DNA from: Auanema rhodensis
Lineage: Eukaryota > Animalia > Nematoda
Reading direction: 5' to 3'
Length of the DNA stretch: 64,000 nucleotides
NCBI GenBank assembly: GCA_964057225.1
Contig: OZ059895.1
Coordinates: 5,084,001-5,148,000 of the forward strand
Position 1 is the stretch's first letter; each line of letters begins with the position of its first letter. The notes under the pieces are model-generated. The model made no database searches and was not told where the DNA came from. It was given only the letters and a program-made list of their open reading frames with translations. The position numbers and the translations under genes were made by a program. Of this stretch, positions 1 to 13,745 are shown in pieces.

Positions 1-79
1 GAACTTTTGCTGCTTGCATTTTTGGGTCTTGAATTTTAGGCTGTGCGGCCTCTCCTCCGGGGTCTCCGTCCTTACCCAT
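1..79 (-). CDS. First coding exon of an unidentified gene running off the window (MGKDGDPGGEAAQPKIQDPKMQAAKV...)
   Basis: TTTTCAG acceptor about 5 nt before the ATG on the minus strand, with a GC-richer open frame continuing to the window edge. Confidence 0.55.
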   Translation of the reverse strand, partial: MGKDGDPGGEAAQPKIQDPKMQAAKV

Positions 80-1590
80 CTGCTCTGAAAATAGAAAATG
101 AGTACCATGAAAAAATTAATGCAACCAGTCGATTATTGAACAGAAAATGCGAAAAGATTACGCGAAACAATTTCTCACTTTACACTGGAATTTTTTCGCC
201 TGGAGAAATAAAAAGCTTGGGAAACAAATCAATAATTAAATGACCTATGGCAAATAAACAAGTAGTGATACTCTACAGAGAAAAAGAATAGATATGGTTT
301 ATGTCGTTATCACAAAATATTATGCTGGAAATAAAAATAAGCGGAAAAGGGTTTGGGACCAAATATACGAAAAAAGTTAGAAAAGGAAAACCAACATATA
401 AGAATGAAACTGTTTAGGAAGTTTCAACAATACTAAGAGAAAATAACTAGGACAATAAAATATCAAAAGAGAAGTATGCCTGCATCAGAATGGTGTTGCA
501 AAAGACGCTAACAAATCAGAATGCTTTTAATTATGTAATGGGGCAAACATATTTCTATTAGAAACCGGTTGAACTTATAAATTATATTTCTAATGATGCT
601 TATATTTCTACTAGTCGTTGGTTCAAACAACTTCAAAATTAGTTTAACAGTTCGAATTAAGAAAAATTAGAATCAATAAAATCCTAGAAAACATGAGGAA
701 TTTACAGCAGGCTGCGCAAATTGGAGCCAGACGCAAGCAAGATAGAATATATAAAAGAGAAGATCAATACTGCGACGGCGCATGGATGGGAGAGGAAATT
801 GAACATTTTCTTTCACAACAAGAGCAAGGGTTAAATATAAGCATAAACATGCAAAATACAATTCAAAAACAAAAAGTTGAAAAAAACAAGAGGTTCGAAT
901 TGGAAATTGTCTGCATAGACGGCCTTGTTGAGGCAGAATGACTCAATTCTAGTTTTGAGTTCTTCCTGCCCGCCTACTCTATTATGTATGACTGCAACAG
1001 CGCTATGTGCGAACCAACAATGTATCGACTTTTCCATTCAATCTATTAAAACCATACGAGCTATATCAAACATAGGAAAAATTCAGAATATTGCGAAGTT
1101 TCACGAATCAAAATGAAACCGTTTCCTATACGATTGAATACCAAGGACGTTTCAATCGAAATGAGAATACAAAACATAGTGAGAGATAATTGAAGAACAG
1201 ATACAAACAGTTTTGAATGAATTACAAATTTTTCACATGTTTTCAGGCACTATTTAAATTTTCTATCCTGAAAACTTGCTTCAATGTGAAAATGAAGAAT
1301 TTATAAACTAACTAAATCGTGAAAAATAACCTAAACAATAAGAAAAAAACAATATTGACCACATTAGAATTCAAAGGAAAAAAGAGAAAACAATCAATAA
1401 ACTATACAGAACCAATATTGTAAACAAGAAAGAAAGCTTATGAAGAAAATTTGAATTTCGACATCTTTTTTGAATATTAGACAGTTTTAAAAAGTTAAAG
1501 GGTTGTTTTCATCAGCGTTTCCTAATAGAGCGCAACTGTGACATATTTATTGTCCATTACATGAAAAATTGAGCATTGTGTTCTTAAGAG

Positions 1591-2404
1591 ATGGTTTGTC
1601 ACTTTTTTTTTAAAATACCTTTTAAATGATTTAGAGATTCCGTTTTTTGGGCGGACTTGATTGCCCAGATTGGTTGCTTAGTCAGTTTGCAGATTATTCA
1701 AAATTGGTAATGATATATATTATTACCATCTATAAGTTTGTTTAGACATCAATCAAATTTAAAAATGTATGCATGTTAGCTGTAAAATTTCTGTTAGGAG
1801 AACAGGTTGTTGATGAAGATCTTGCGAAATATGTTAATGAAAGCTTAGGTACAATTTTTATAAAAAAAAATTTAATTCTATGGAATTTAGATGTAATTCA
1901 TTTGAAAAGATTTTTGGGTTCTTTAGCTTTTATAATGCGACGTGCCGTCAATTTTAATTGTGAAATTAATGATGTTGAAGCAGAATGTATACAATTAGGG
2001 CTCCCACCTGGTAAAAAAATGAATTTAAAACTTAAGTCTAATAATTATTACAAATCTAGAACATGGAAAAATGTTAGGAAAAGTGCTTTCTGAAAAATAT
2101 GGAGAAATTCGGAATTTTTCTACTACAGATATCCCCAAAGGTTTTGAAAATTTAGAAGCATCATTAATAAAAACCTATGTTTAACAGAACCATGTATGAT
2201 GATTGAGTCTTTAACTCCGCTTGGGGGTGATCAGTTTTCACTCAACTATTGCAGGGAGAGTTCAAACCAAAAGGCTGTTGAAATGTCGAAAGGACAATTG
2301 AGCGACTTTTTAGATGGTGAAATTTGAATTCCAAATACGATTTCTTATGATTGTTTACAGATATGAAAAAAGTAGGGAAAGTTCTTCTAGAAAAAATGGG
2401 ATAA
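1591..2404 (+). CDS. COMMD4: COMM domain-containing protein 4 (multi-exon)
   Basis: Spliced ATG|[24 protein letters not shown]...[11 protein letters not shown]...[11 protein letters not shown] matches the COMMD4 signature MRFRFCGDLDCPDW...LQQLGLPKEH. Introns are canonical and short. Confidence 0.9.
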
Positions 2405-3300
2405 AGTCCACTTATCAAAGGAGAATGTGATTTTTGGAATTTTTGTTATATTACTAGCTATGACCGAATGTCTGTATGTTTCTGGATCTCACTTCTACTG
2501 TATATAGATAGTTTTGTTTTATCAACATTCAAAGTTGTCTTCAAAAATAAAATGCTTATCTTTGAAAGAATATGAATGACATGTGTCAAAAATAGAGATA
2601 GATGAATGCCTGCTAAGGCTATGTGGCCCGTTGCCATTTGTTTGCTGAAATAGCAATACTTCGTTTGGCAACTCTCAATCGATATCTTTCAGTAGAAACC
2701 CGAGGAAAAGAAAGTAATGATTTTTTCATTAATGCTATACTATGAAAGTGAATAATAAATATACTTATATTGTTTTTAACTTTATATTACTTATATGTAA
2801 ACTTAAATTTCTGACTGTTAATTTTTCAAAAAGCAAAAAACAGGTTTAGAATTAAGGACAATCTGCAGGTAATATACGCTCCAGGAACAATTTAATGTTA
2901 TTTTGTGTTTTAGGAAAATTTGAAAAAAGAAACACGGGTTTAGCAAGTTTCTTTAGTATAATGCACTTATGCTACTTAATTATGTCGAATTAAACGCGGG
3001 AAAGCAAGAAATACTAAAACTTTTTCCATCGTACGACCCTTATCATGCTACTATCATATTTTTTACTGCTATAGCGAACAAAAGGGCAATATCTTTTTTC
3101 TTCTTTCTTTTCTTAATTGAATTTGAACTAAAACATTCGCTCCTCAGCGACATACTGTTGTAAGTTCGTGGTAGCTCTATCTGTTTGTATCACTTTCGAT
3201 CAATATTACACCGAATCATTTAAGCCAGTTGTTTTGCTTTACATTTAATATTCGTCATCTGAACCAGGCAACTCAATTTTTATTTTTTTGCAGGGTAATA

Positions 3301-5050
3301 ATGGACTGGGATTCTCTGAACAGTTGCTTAGAGTTTACAAATTTCCTTGTTCAGAATGATTTACCTTCACCAAATATGGTTATATGGGTATTGACGGTAA
3401 ATTATGCTAAGTTGGCTCGTAATACTCAAATATATTTCAGTTAATTCTCATTCTTCGTTTTCTTCATGTATTATCATCTCCAGAGGTTCCTAAAATTACA
3501 ATTAGAGAGAAATCAAAGAAAAGCTTTATGAAAGATCTTGTTAGCGGAATTACAATGCTACAAGAACCGTAAGTCTACACATTCCTGATTTTTCTAAACA
3601 AAATTGCATTTGATGAGTTTCTAAGATTAAACTTATGTTTTCGTCCACTTTTACACTAATCCACACTATTTCCTTCAGATATCGGCCACCACCATTATGG
3701 GGGAGATCGGGGCATATTCAAACAGCGGCTTATGGTCTTCTTGGCCACTCATCCCTGAAGAGAACTTTTGATCGTCGGGTTCCATTAAAAATGCCGGATG
3801 GTACTACTGCTTATGCGGATATATTCGAGCCAATAAACTTACACCCGGTATAACTATAAGAATTATTATAAAGACACTAGTTATTTAAGGATGGTAAAGA
3901 TGTTACCTTAACACTTATACCCGGTATAGCTAATACAAGTGAAAGTAATTATATTAGAACATGTGTGCATTTTGCTCAAGAACAAGGGTTAGCTAAGCCT
4001 TAATAAAGTTGATAATCATTTTAATCTCAGGTATCGCTGTGCTGTTCTTAACCATTTGGGTGCTTTACCAGATATGAAGTTGACCGGAAACAGAATTTTT
4101 TCTTACGGTATCTTATTCCATATTTATATATATATTAAATAATTATTTTTTATTGCCTTTAAACTTATAAACACATGCTCCACTTTATAGGTGGAACAGA
4201 TGAAGCTTTAGCTATGATGGATTTTCTTTTTGTTGAGTACCCAACTACGAAGTTTGTAAACATTGGCTTTAGTATGGGGGGAAACATCACAACACTTTTA
4301 CTACTACGACTTCCATCTGAACATAGGTATAAGGAGACTTTGAACTAAATTATTGATCATGAATTTATAGGCATCGTATTATAGTCGGACTAAGTGTTGG
4401 TCAAGGCTATTCTGCAACTGTTAGTGCTCCAATGTATCATGATTGGGAAAATGGTCGACGTGCTTACAATTATATCATAACTGAAAATATGAAAAGGCTA
4501 CTTCGACGAAATTATGATAAAGCGGTTTTGCCTCACGTTCAATCAGGTCTAATTGACGAACAGGTTTTTTTTCTCGACATCTTCTATTCTTGAATGCTGG
4601 ACTATTTTCAGCGTCTCTGGGCTGCAACCTCGATTATTGCGTTTGATGAGCACTACAATCGTAAAGTGTTTGGATATTCATCTTTAGATTCGTTTTACGA
4701 AACTGCTAGTTGTCTACCTCTTCTTAGGTGAACTAGATAAAACAAAACATTAGATAACGATTTTTCTTTTAGTAATCTGCAAATTCCAATGATATTTTTA
4801 AACTCGGAAGATGATCCAATTGTTCCACGAAGCCTATGGGAGCCCGTGAAGGTTTATTTCATATTTTGTAAGCGAAAATTATGTTATTATTCAGAATTTT
4901 GCTTCGGAAACAGAAGATATAGCTTTTGTATCAACTCGCCATGGAGGTCATTTAGGATTTTTAGAAGGTGGTTCATTTAGTCCTAAATCTATCACATGGC
5001 TTGATAGATTCATAGTGGAAATGGCAAATCAAGCTGTTAAACTAACTTAG
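3301..5050 (+). CDS. ABHD2: Alpha/beta hydrolase, ABHD2/ABHD1-3 (YheT-like) family
   Basis: YRPPPLWGRSGHIQTA, nucleophile elbow GFSMGG (about 4264-4281), NSEDDPIVP and HGGHLGFLEG catalytic motifs, N-terminal hydrophobic anchor. Confidence 0.88.
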
Positions 5051-6709
5051 GATTTATGTGTACGTGTATATTATTGTTTTCAAAGAGCTTTAAACTACTC
5101 AGATAGTTTTATTAAATTATATCATGTTTTATATAATTGTTCATTTCTGTAAAACTAATCTGATATCAAAATTAATTCGTTTATTTTTATTGATTCTACA
5201 TATTTATATCAAAATTTTATTACTGGGTCAAAACATTAAATTCTTAATAAGTTTATCTTTACTTATCTTACCCCGTTCCCTCTATCTTGTTCTCGCTCTC
5301 CTTCTCGTTAGCTTTTTCGCACTCTCTATTCCTCGTTTCCGAGTTCTCTTATTTCTCTCATACTTGCTCTATTATCGTCCTCGATCAACGGTATAAATCA
5401 CTATGACTAGTCAGTAATATTGTCCCTTGCATCCTTTAATATTATATTTTTACCTTCAAACTTGTTTTTCAGTTAGAGTAAACTTGTTCATCTTTACGTT
5501 TAAAACTATCTTTGAACATGAAAGTCAGAGTAATGACCACGAAACCTTTTTTTCATGAAGAATGTAAACAAAACATTTCTGATTTAAAAAAAATTCAAAC
5601 AACTGTTTCCTTGTTTTCGAATTTTGTTTGAGTTTTGGTAGTTGTTACATTGCCTTTACAAGATCGAAATATATAAAAATATGAATGTGATTCATAATAT
5701 TGAAATCATGAGTCTTAACATGAAAGTGACAAATTTAAAATTTTCTATTGCTGACAAAAGTCTTCATTAATTTTTAATTCAACAATTTTCATGAAAATTA
5801 GAAGATTTAGGTTAACGAATTTACCAAAAAAATGTTAATTTTATGTTATGGTTTGCAGAGTTATCATGTAAAATTTAATTCAAATAAGAAATAGTTCTCA
5901 ATTTGATAATTGGGAACCTTTTAGATTTGAAGATTTCGCTTTTCGGAAACCTGGAAACCTGGAAATTTGACATTCTCTAATTCAAACTTATTTGTTACTG
6001 GTTTCATCTATACAAATGTTCTCTTCTTTGTTCTGCTTTCTCCTACCTTTTCAGTAATATTTTCTATGTTATGGGCTTGTTTACCACTACACAGATTCGC
6101 GAGTTTTTCAAAAAAAAAAATCATAGATAGAACAGTTGTAAGGGGTCGAGGAGCGTATCGTTTTTCACACAATTTTAAACCAATACTCATTGCTCATCGT
6201 TTGATCAATTCATTATATATTATATGTATGTGTTTGTTTTCATCCTTGTAGTAATAAACTCTATGTCCACGGGTCGGAATATAGAAGATATGTTATTGGA
6301 ACATAATGATGAAAAAAGTGAAGTTTTACCAAATAAGATGAATAATGACTATGTTTTATATGAATAAAGTGTGATTTGGGAAGACTGCAACCAAAAATTA
6401 ATCCGATACTATTATGAAAGATTATTTAAATTCGCAAGAGTTGAATATAAATAATAAGATGATATATACTATATCTGCCACTATATATCTATTACATTAT
6501 GTTGGACACTACAAACTATACGTATATTAGAGAAAGCTCAGTCGGATCTCCAACTAAATTTATTTTCATGTATATATACATATACACATATGTACAGTTG
6601 TACACAAAAACTCTAATTTTAAAACCATATTGTATAATTTGAATCACATGGTATTTTTCCTATGTTTTCACCGAAGGTATTTCCGTTTTTTTTCGAATGT
6701 TCATTGGTT

Positions 6710-7531
6710 TCAGTTTATAATGTTTAGATTTTTAAATTTCTGAATGGGGTAGAGACATACAGCAGATGTTACCACGTTTTGGCTCTTTTCTTCCAACCAA
6801 TGTTGAAATGAAATATAGTAACTCTTATGAACAAGAAAGGCTCGAGAAGGGAAACTGACTACGAAAAGAATTTACTTACGTCATGGACACAATTAAAATA
6901 ATTGATTCAAGTTTATAATTGAAGTGATACTCACCATTGGAGTGAAGCTGAAAATGTAATACTCGTAACTAAGTGTTTTTTTTATTTTTTGAAAGCCGTT
7001 AAAATATAAAATTGTTAGAGAATATTTATACTAACTCGTAAAATGTATCCATGGGGAGTTAGATTTCGACAGGCAACTTCTAACATTTCACATCCATTAT
7101 CGTCGAAGTATGTATTTACTTTAATTCAAAATTCATAAAATAGTTGAAAATTTCTTCCAACAACTTACACATGTTGGAGGGCATTAGTTAAATAGGAATT
7201 ATCATGTAATTGTTCGCATCCTAAACATTTGGAAGCTGCAACTAGGATAATAGGAGGTATAATGTTTAGAACTCAAATATTACTTTTTTCAATATATTAT
7301 ACGAATTCAAAATAAATATTATATTCTGTTATGATATTACCTTGATTATTACGAATAGAGCCGAAAAGAATAAGGATCAAGAGAATATTTCTATCAACAC
7401 AGATCGCTTTTGGAAAAAAAATCTTTCCTAGCTACCAGAAACAGTTGATGCTGACAATATAAAAAATATTGCTGAATGTTAAGAAAAGAAATAAGATTGT
7501 TAGTCTCTACATACATTCGGTAGTGATGCAT
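6710..7531 (-). pseudogene. C6-domain secreted protein paralogue, probably disrupted
   Basis: Signal-like NILLILILFG, then CLGC, DNGCEMLEVAC, (N)CVHD and HW...AVCLY parallel the neighbouring intact gene. The homologous reading requires a TG acceptor, a 1-nt frameshift and an AA acceptor. Confidence 0.6.
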
Positions 7532-7693
7532 AAATTGACTAACTTTTGAGTTTCAATCTGTTTTGAACTATTTTATATTTTAAAAAGTTTGGAATATCTC
7601 ATAACTTATTCATAATTTCAGGATTTTTTAACATTTTAATTAATTATATTTATGAATATATTTATTTTTGTTTACATTTACACTCAAAAATGA

Positions 7694-8380
7694 TTAGTGA
7701 ATCACATAATGGCAACCAATAGCTTCAACAGCGTTCGAATTTCCAGTAGCGTACCATTTCTGAATTAAAATAATAAAAAGTTTTTAAAAATAGCGAAAAA
7801 AACAAAATAAGTGTAAAGATTTGAATATATGCCATGTATGGATCTACTTACTCCGTTTTTGCATTCAATTGTTCCTTCATTATTGTTTTCAGCAAAATCA
7901 TCTTTCTCTAATCTGATCTGTAAACAATTAAAAATTGATATCTTTGTAGTTTACACCAGTTAGCTAAATTTCAAGACGAAGTTTAAAACTTACTGATAAT
8001 GAGAATTGAGTAACCTTTTCGCAGGTTACATGTAGTAGCTCGCAATTGTTTACTATTTTCTTACTGAAAAATATTTGTTTAAAAAGATGAGTAGTTATTT
8101 TGGAATTTATAAATAGTTTTGAATGTTCTTGGAATTCTGTTTTTTTCTTCGAAAAATACAGTAATGTATCGGATTTTTTTAGTGATATGAATCACAAACT
8201 TCATAATAACTTCTCCAAAAGAGGGACTTGAGTAATGATCGGGAAGTTGACAACCCGTACAAGAATCTACAAAAGTGATATTTTTAAAAAAAATATTTGA
8301 ATTGGTAATATTAATGCATTCACAATACCTCCAGCATAAACTACAAAACAGAAAGCAAACAGAAATATCAATGTTCTCAT
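7694..8380 (-). CDS. Small secreted six-cysteine (nematode C6-domain-like) protein, 5 exons
   Basis: MRTLIFLFAFCFVVYAG signal peptide, then CTGC...NNCELLHVTC...TIECKNG|KWYATG...IGCHYVIH*. All splice sites are canonical. Confidence 0.75.
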
Positions 8381-8448
8381 CCTATAAGAAAATAAATATA
8401 ACATAAATGTTCATAGCAACTGGAGATGAAGTAATTCGGGAACAATTT

Positions 8449-8462
8449 GGGGGGGGGGGGGG
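8449..8462 (+). repeat. G14 homopolymer tract
   Basis: Directly visible, about 70 bp upstream of the C6 gene ATG. Confidence 0.95.
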
Positions 8463-10580
8463 CGAAATTTTAAATAAAGAAAGACTTTAAGCAAATAGTT
8501 AGAATGAAGAAATCGCTAGACAAGATAGTTTGTTGCGCATTCTAAAGCTTTAAATATCCCTTCTGACTTCTGATTAACGACCGCCCCATATCAAGATTGG
8601 TGAATTGGTAAAAGAATTATCAAAAACATCCAATGGTTTTCAATTCTTCGCATAACATATGATATGTACTTCCTTAAATTGCGAATTTTGGTAAAACAGG
8701 CAGTTATTTGATTATGAAATCTTCTTTGAACTTTAATTGAGCTCTGTGTACTAGGTCAAAACCTATTAGTCTTCCTTATACGTTCTCAGAGGAATTTTCG
8801 GAAGTGAAAAAAAATGAGTTCATGAGGGGTGTATATAATATATTGTTTAACATTTTTCGTTATTCTTATCTATAACAGTAGATTTAACATTTCAATATTA
8901 ATAGCATTTTGATAAATTTCTTTTCAAATTTCTTTAACTAAGAAATGATATGAGAATTTTAAAGAGATAGAAAAGACATAATAGCTGTATATAAAAAAAG
9001 TTTATTACAATAACAAAAGAACAAAGACTGTATGCTATAAGTGAAAGCAAATTAAACATTGATAACATATAAAGATGACCTAAAATTAATTTTAAACAAT
9101 CCTATGTGAAAAAAAAAGTTCTGAAAAAAGAAAACTGAAGGAAATCCATCACAGCTGAAAGGCGCCCATTGATTATTTAAGAAAACGTTTCTCCAAATCA
9201 CATCAATAACGAATCTGAAGTTTAAAAAGTTAAAAAAGCATAATTCCAGTTTAAAAATAACGTCATCAAGAGAGAGAGAAAGAACTATACAAGGAAATAA
9301 AAGTTTAAGAAGAAGGATGTCTGATTAAATGTGAAATAAACAGTTCAAGGATAAAATCACCTAGAGATCAAGTTATGGTTTTGTATAAATAGTGGCTGAT
9401 ATGCCATTGAAAAGAACGGCAAAACAACTTCGTCAGTTTACATTCCTTTGAACAAAATAAAAAAAATTTAACAGTGAGTAATCGCTGTTGAACAAGAAGG
9501 ATTGTTTAGAAAAGAAATCTGTGAAAGCTTTACTTTCAAAACGTTTGTAAAGAAGTAATATTTTCGATAGAATCAGAAATATCGAATAAGAATAATATAT
9601 TGAATATTATAAAATGTTCTATTGAACAGATTGACTTTTAGAAACTTAAATTCATTACATTTTCGAATTACAAAATAGCTTTCTTTGACATTACTCAACT
9701 GTAAACATTTTTTGGATTACTCTGATTCAGAATATTATCAGTATGTTAGAATTAATAATTCATAGTCATATAATGTGATAAATGTATCGAATCTTCATAA
9801 AGATTGTTCTTGAATATTTGAATGAAGATAGTAGTGACGGTGATTAAATCAGTAAAATAATGTAAATATAATAATAACAGTTAAAAAAAACTTATCAATA
9901 ATTATAGAATATGTTCATAAACAACAAATAAAAATGCACAATCACAAAATATTAACATTCTATATTATCACACTAAACTATTCAGAAGAAGGTACAGAAC
10001 TTTTGAAATAAGATCTGATGGTTTAAACGTCGAAAGCTGTTCAAATATGAATATGATTCGTAAGAATAAACTAGAATGAATCAACCAAAGAAATGTATGA
10101 AATTAATTACACCGAAATACTAGTATAGAAGTTAGAAAACATCTTTGATGCTTGAAATATAATTAGAAAATTATAAACCTAGGAATAATCAGAATGTATC
10201 AACAGATGAAAGATGAAAAGAATGTTCGACCGAGTTGTTGAGCAAGAAGAGAACCGTCCCGAGGAACCAAGAAAAGAAAGATATGAGGCAAAATAGCAAT
10301 AAAACGTATTTTTGACTTTTTTTTTCAATAAAAATCTTCAAAACACGAAAACCCATGGCAATATCTCCAAAATGTTTTCTAATAGAAACATGTCATAGCT
10401 TTAAAGAGTTACGTTATGAGTCAAAAAAAATCTAAAAAATACTTATCAAACGATATGCATGATACAGAAGAACAAGTTCCCGAAATATTGATGCACCATG
10501 ATCATGACCAGAAGCAAGAAATAGCACAAATAAAACCAAAACAATAATAGAAATAAATAAATAAAACCCGCAAAACATAG

Positions 10581-12925
10581 TTAAGTATGCCTTAGTGGTC
10601 GCCCTCCACCGCCATTTCTTCTTTGACCCCCTCTAAATCTGAGGTTAGGCATTCCCCGATTAAAAGTAGGATGGGGTGGGAGAGAATGCGGAGGTCCAAT
10701 AGGCGGAACGTGGTGACGTACACCAAGTGCTGAATTTCCACCACGAGGAGGTCCTTTATGGAGAGGTGGGCGAGACATAGGATTTCGAGGCATACCATGT
10801 CCACGATGAAGAGCTCTTCCTGAAATAGGGCCAGAATGCGCGTGATGATGTCCATTCACTGGGGGTGTATTAGGCGTATACTCGTGATTCATCTTCGGTG
10901 GTGGTTGCGGCGATGAGGCTTCGTGAGACCAAGGTTGGCTTGCGAAATCATGAAGATTAGCACTAGGGTAAGGCGGTCTTGTTTCGGTAGGTTGCGTCCT
11001 GGGAGATTCTGCAGCTTTCCCTCCTATTCCAAGTGCAGAAAGAAGAGCATTAGTAACGGTTTGATTACTGATGGTTGGAACGGGTTTGTCTTCAGCAGAC
11101 CTTGTGCTATTTGAAGGCGTAGGAGGCTTAATTGAATTGAATCCAGAAGTTGGGGTAGAATTCTGAAGAGATCCTCGGTGAGATCCATTAGCTCCTGTAA
11201 GAGGAGTGGACGGGTTTGGCATTTTATTATTTTTAAATGGAGTCAAGTGGCCGGGAGTAGAAGAAATTATTCCATTCATCTCTGCAGACGATGTGTGTTC
11301 AGACACACGATTTTTAATTTCTGGTTTGATATCACATGGACGAAGGGGTGTGATTTTAACATCTAACTTTGGCATATTATTCTGCTGCTGTGGAATGGTG
11401 ATTTTCTTAACCATAATGGTAGGTGGCGTTCCTACCGGTGGCATGATGTTCTGCTGAGGAGGAGGAGGCACATTAGGAGGCGGAACAGGAATAGGCCCGC
11501 CTGTTGGAGGTGGAAACATAGGCATTGGAGGTGGCGGCATCATAGGAGGAGGAGGTTGCATGAAAGGATGAGGCGGCACAGGTACAGCTGTAGGCATAAA
11601 TGAGGGTTGCCTCAATAATGTTTCCTTTTCTTCTTTCTAAAACAAACAAATAGGATAGATAAACATAAATATAAACGTACAACAGGCCAAGGAGGCACTG
11701 AGGTATCCAACTTGCTAGTTGTGAATGACGGAGGACGAGGAGGTGGCTCAATAATGGGAGGTGGTGGTGGGGGTGCAACAACCGGAGACTCAAAATATAC
11801 ATTTAATTTGTTCATGATCTTCAAACTTACGGGAGGTTTCTCTGGAGATAATGAACCGTCCGATACCAATTCCATCTTTACAGACACATTATCCCTACTC
11901 CGTCTTAAATTAGCTAATAAGAACAATTAAATTCCATATGACCACCTTGGAGGTTCTGGGCGAGTAGGAGAAGGCTTGTCATCCTTTTTCTTACTCACTG
12001 ATGATATGATTGCATCTTTAATTTTTTCCAGAAATGTTGTCTGAAATAAGTTACAGCAATGTTTTTTGCCAGCAACGTACCTTTCCCATAGATCCAATAG
12101 CTTCGCTCAATTCAGATCCAAAATACGCTTGCAATTGGGAAACATTCGAACCAGTAAAAGCAGCAACATTAGCGAGATTTGTTTTTTCATCTTCTTGGGG
12201 AGGTAGACTAGGAGGAGTTCGAGGTCCAGGAGATCCAGGAGGAGTCTTCGGTCCCTTTCGTGGAGCTGATGGAGGCGGCTCTTCCATAGGCGGAGTTCGT
12301 GGCCCAACTTTCTCATACTACAACAAATAAAACAAAAATTCGATATCAGCTTACCGCAAATGGTGGAAATATTGCTGAATCAGATTTAACGTATCCTAAA
12401 TTTGGATACGCCTGAAGCCTCCCTTCCATCATTTTATGACCCAATAGTTGGTACATAATACAATCCCTGTTGACAAACTAAATATGAAAAATGTTTCACA
12501 ACAGCAATGATATCTGAAGTTACATCTGCAACCATAGTATTATCCATAGGCATGTTCTCCAGCGCATCTCTAGTCAATCTGCATATTTCTATGCTCGGCT
12601 CTGACTCCTGAGCTATTGCAGCAGCTTCTGCAGCAGCGGCCGCAGCTATTTCTTTTTTTCTTTGTACTTCTCTATAAAAGAAATGAAATTTAAAATAAAA
12701 ACACATTGAACGTCTTACTTCTCCATTTCTTCCATAATAGAATCTAATGGAGCAATTTGATGCCGCAAAGAGCCTGTTGCTTCAGGCTTCTTTTTTCTTT
12801 TAGGTTCCGGTTCGGAAGGAGAATTTCTGTGAAATGAATAATAATAGCATATTTTATGACTGTCAAACTCACTCTCTCCTTTCCTTACTGGTTGTTGGCA
12901 GCATCTTGACACGTTCAGACGACAT
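10581..12925 (-). CDS. Proline-rich, low-complexity, probably nuclear protein of unknown function
   Basis: MSSERVKML..., PKRKKK NLS-like motif, GPRTPP/GPKTPP repeats, a final exon of about 1 kb that is Pro/His/Arg-Gly-rich. It has its own ATG after an acceptor and lies downstream of the DOT1L stop. Confidence 0.7.
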
Positions 12926-13745
12926 ATTTCCTATTAGACAAATTAAATTAAAACTGGGAAAATAACTTACAAAAATAAGCGGTAAACTCGACAATATCAA
13001 AACTATCGAGAATGTTGTATATTCACACAATGGATTTCGGCACGATTTGAATAAAAAACAAATTCATCCTGAATAAAGAAAAAACATATCATAAGAGCTT
13101 TAGGAAAAGATACCAGAAGCGGATGCTACCGTTTCGAAAATAAAAAAATAAAATAATAACTCAAATACGTTTTCACATGTAGGAATATGACATTTTTAAA
13201 AAAGGCAGCAGCTAGAAAACAACGCCAAGTAGTCAAAACGACCAGATAATTCATACATTATATGGAATATATGCTGGATAAACACTGAATACAAGATGCC
13301 CATTGAAACAACTTTAAATAGAAAGGCAGTGAAACTGAAGTGATCGATACAAAAAATCTTGATTTTCCTGAGCCTATAGCAAAGCAGGGAGTATATTATT
13401 AAGTGGTTAAAACGAGATGATAATGTAGTCCGGGATGAAAGAAGGCTCTAAGAGAAAGATCATTGTGAAATATAACAAAATAACAGAAAGGCATGTACAA
13501 ATATGGCACACAAAGAATTAATAGTACCATTGTTTAAAAGTGAGAAAGTAGAACAAAATTGGGATGTACTTGACAGCACCTATATATTATACATTTCCTA
13601 CTTCCTAATAAATAAGCTTCTGTTTGACTGCGTTAAAACAGAGATAAGTTTTGGATTTTGATTTGATAGGTTTGTAGACCAAAATATGATCAACAATATA
13701 CATAGTTGCTACCTGGAGAACAAATGTGCAATAGTAGACTTTACA

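Noticed and set aside
673-1116. Overlapping short ORFs on both strands
   Set aside because: No recognisable motif or consistent splice chain. Likely leader or promoter DNA between divergent genes.
5124-6251. Hydrophobic ORFs rich in F/L/I
   Set aside because: Artefacts of T-rich or pyrimidine-rich intergenic sequence. The same applies to ORFs at 19.8-22.2 kb, 42-43.5 kb, 58.1-58.8 kb and 60.4-62.9 kb.
10923-12330. Plus-strand Gly-rich ORFs (also 27143-27337)
   Set aside because: Antisense shadows of Pro-rich coding sequence.
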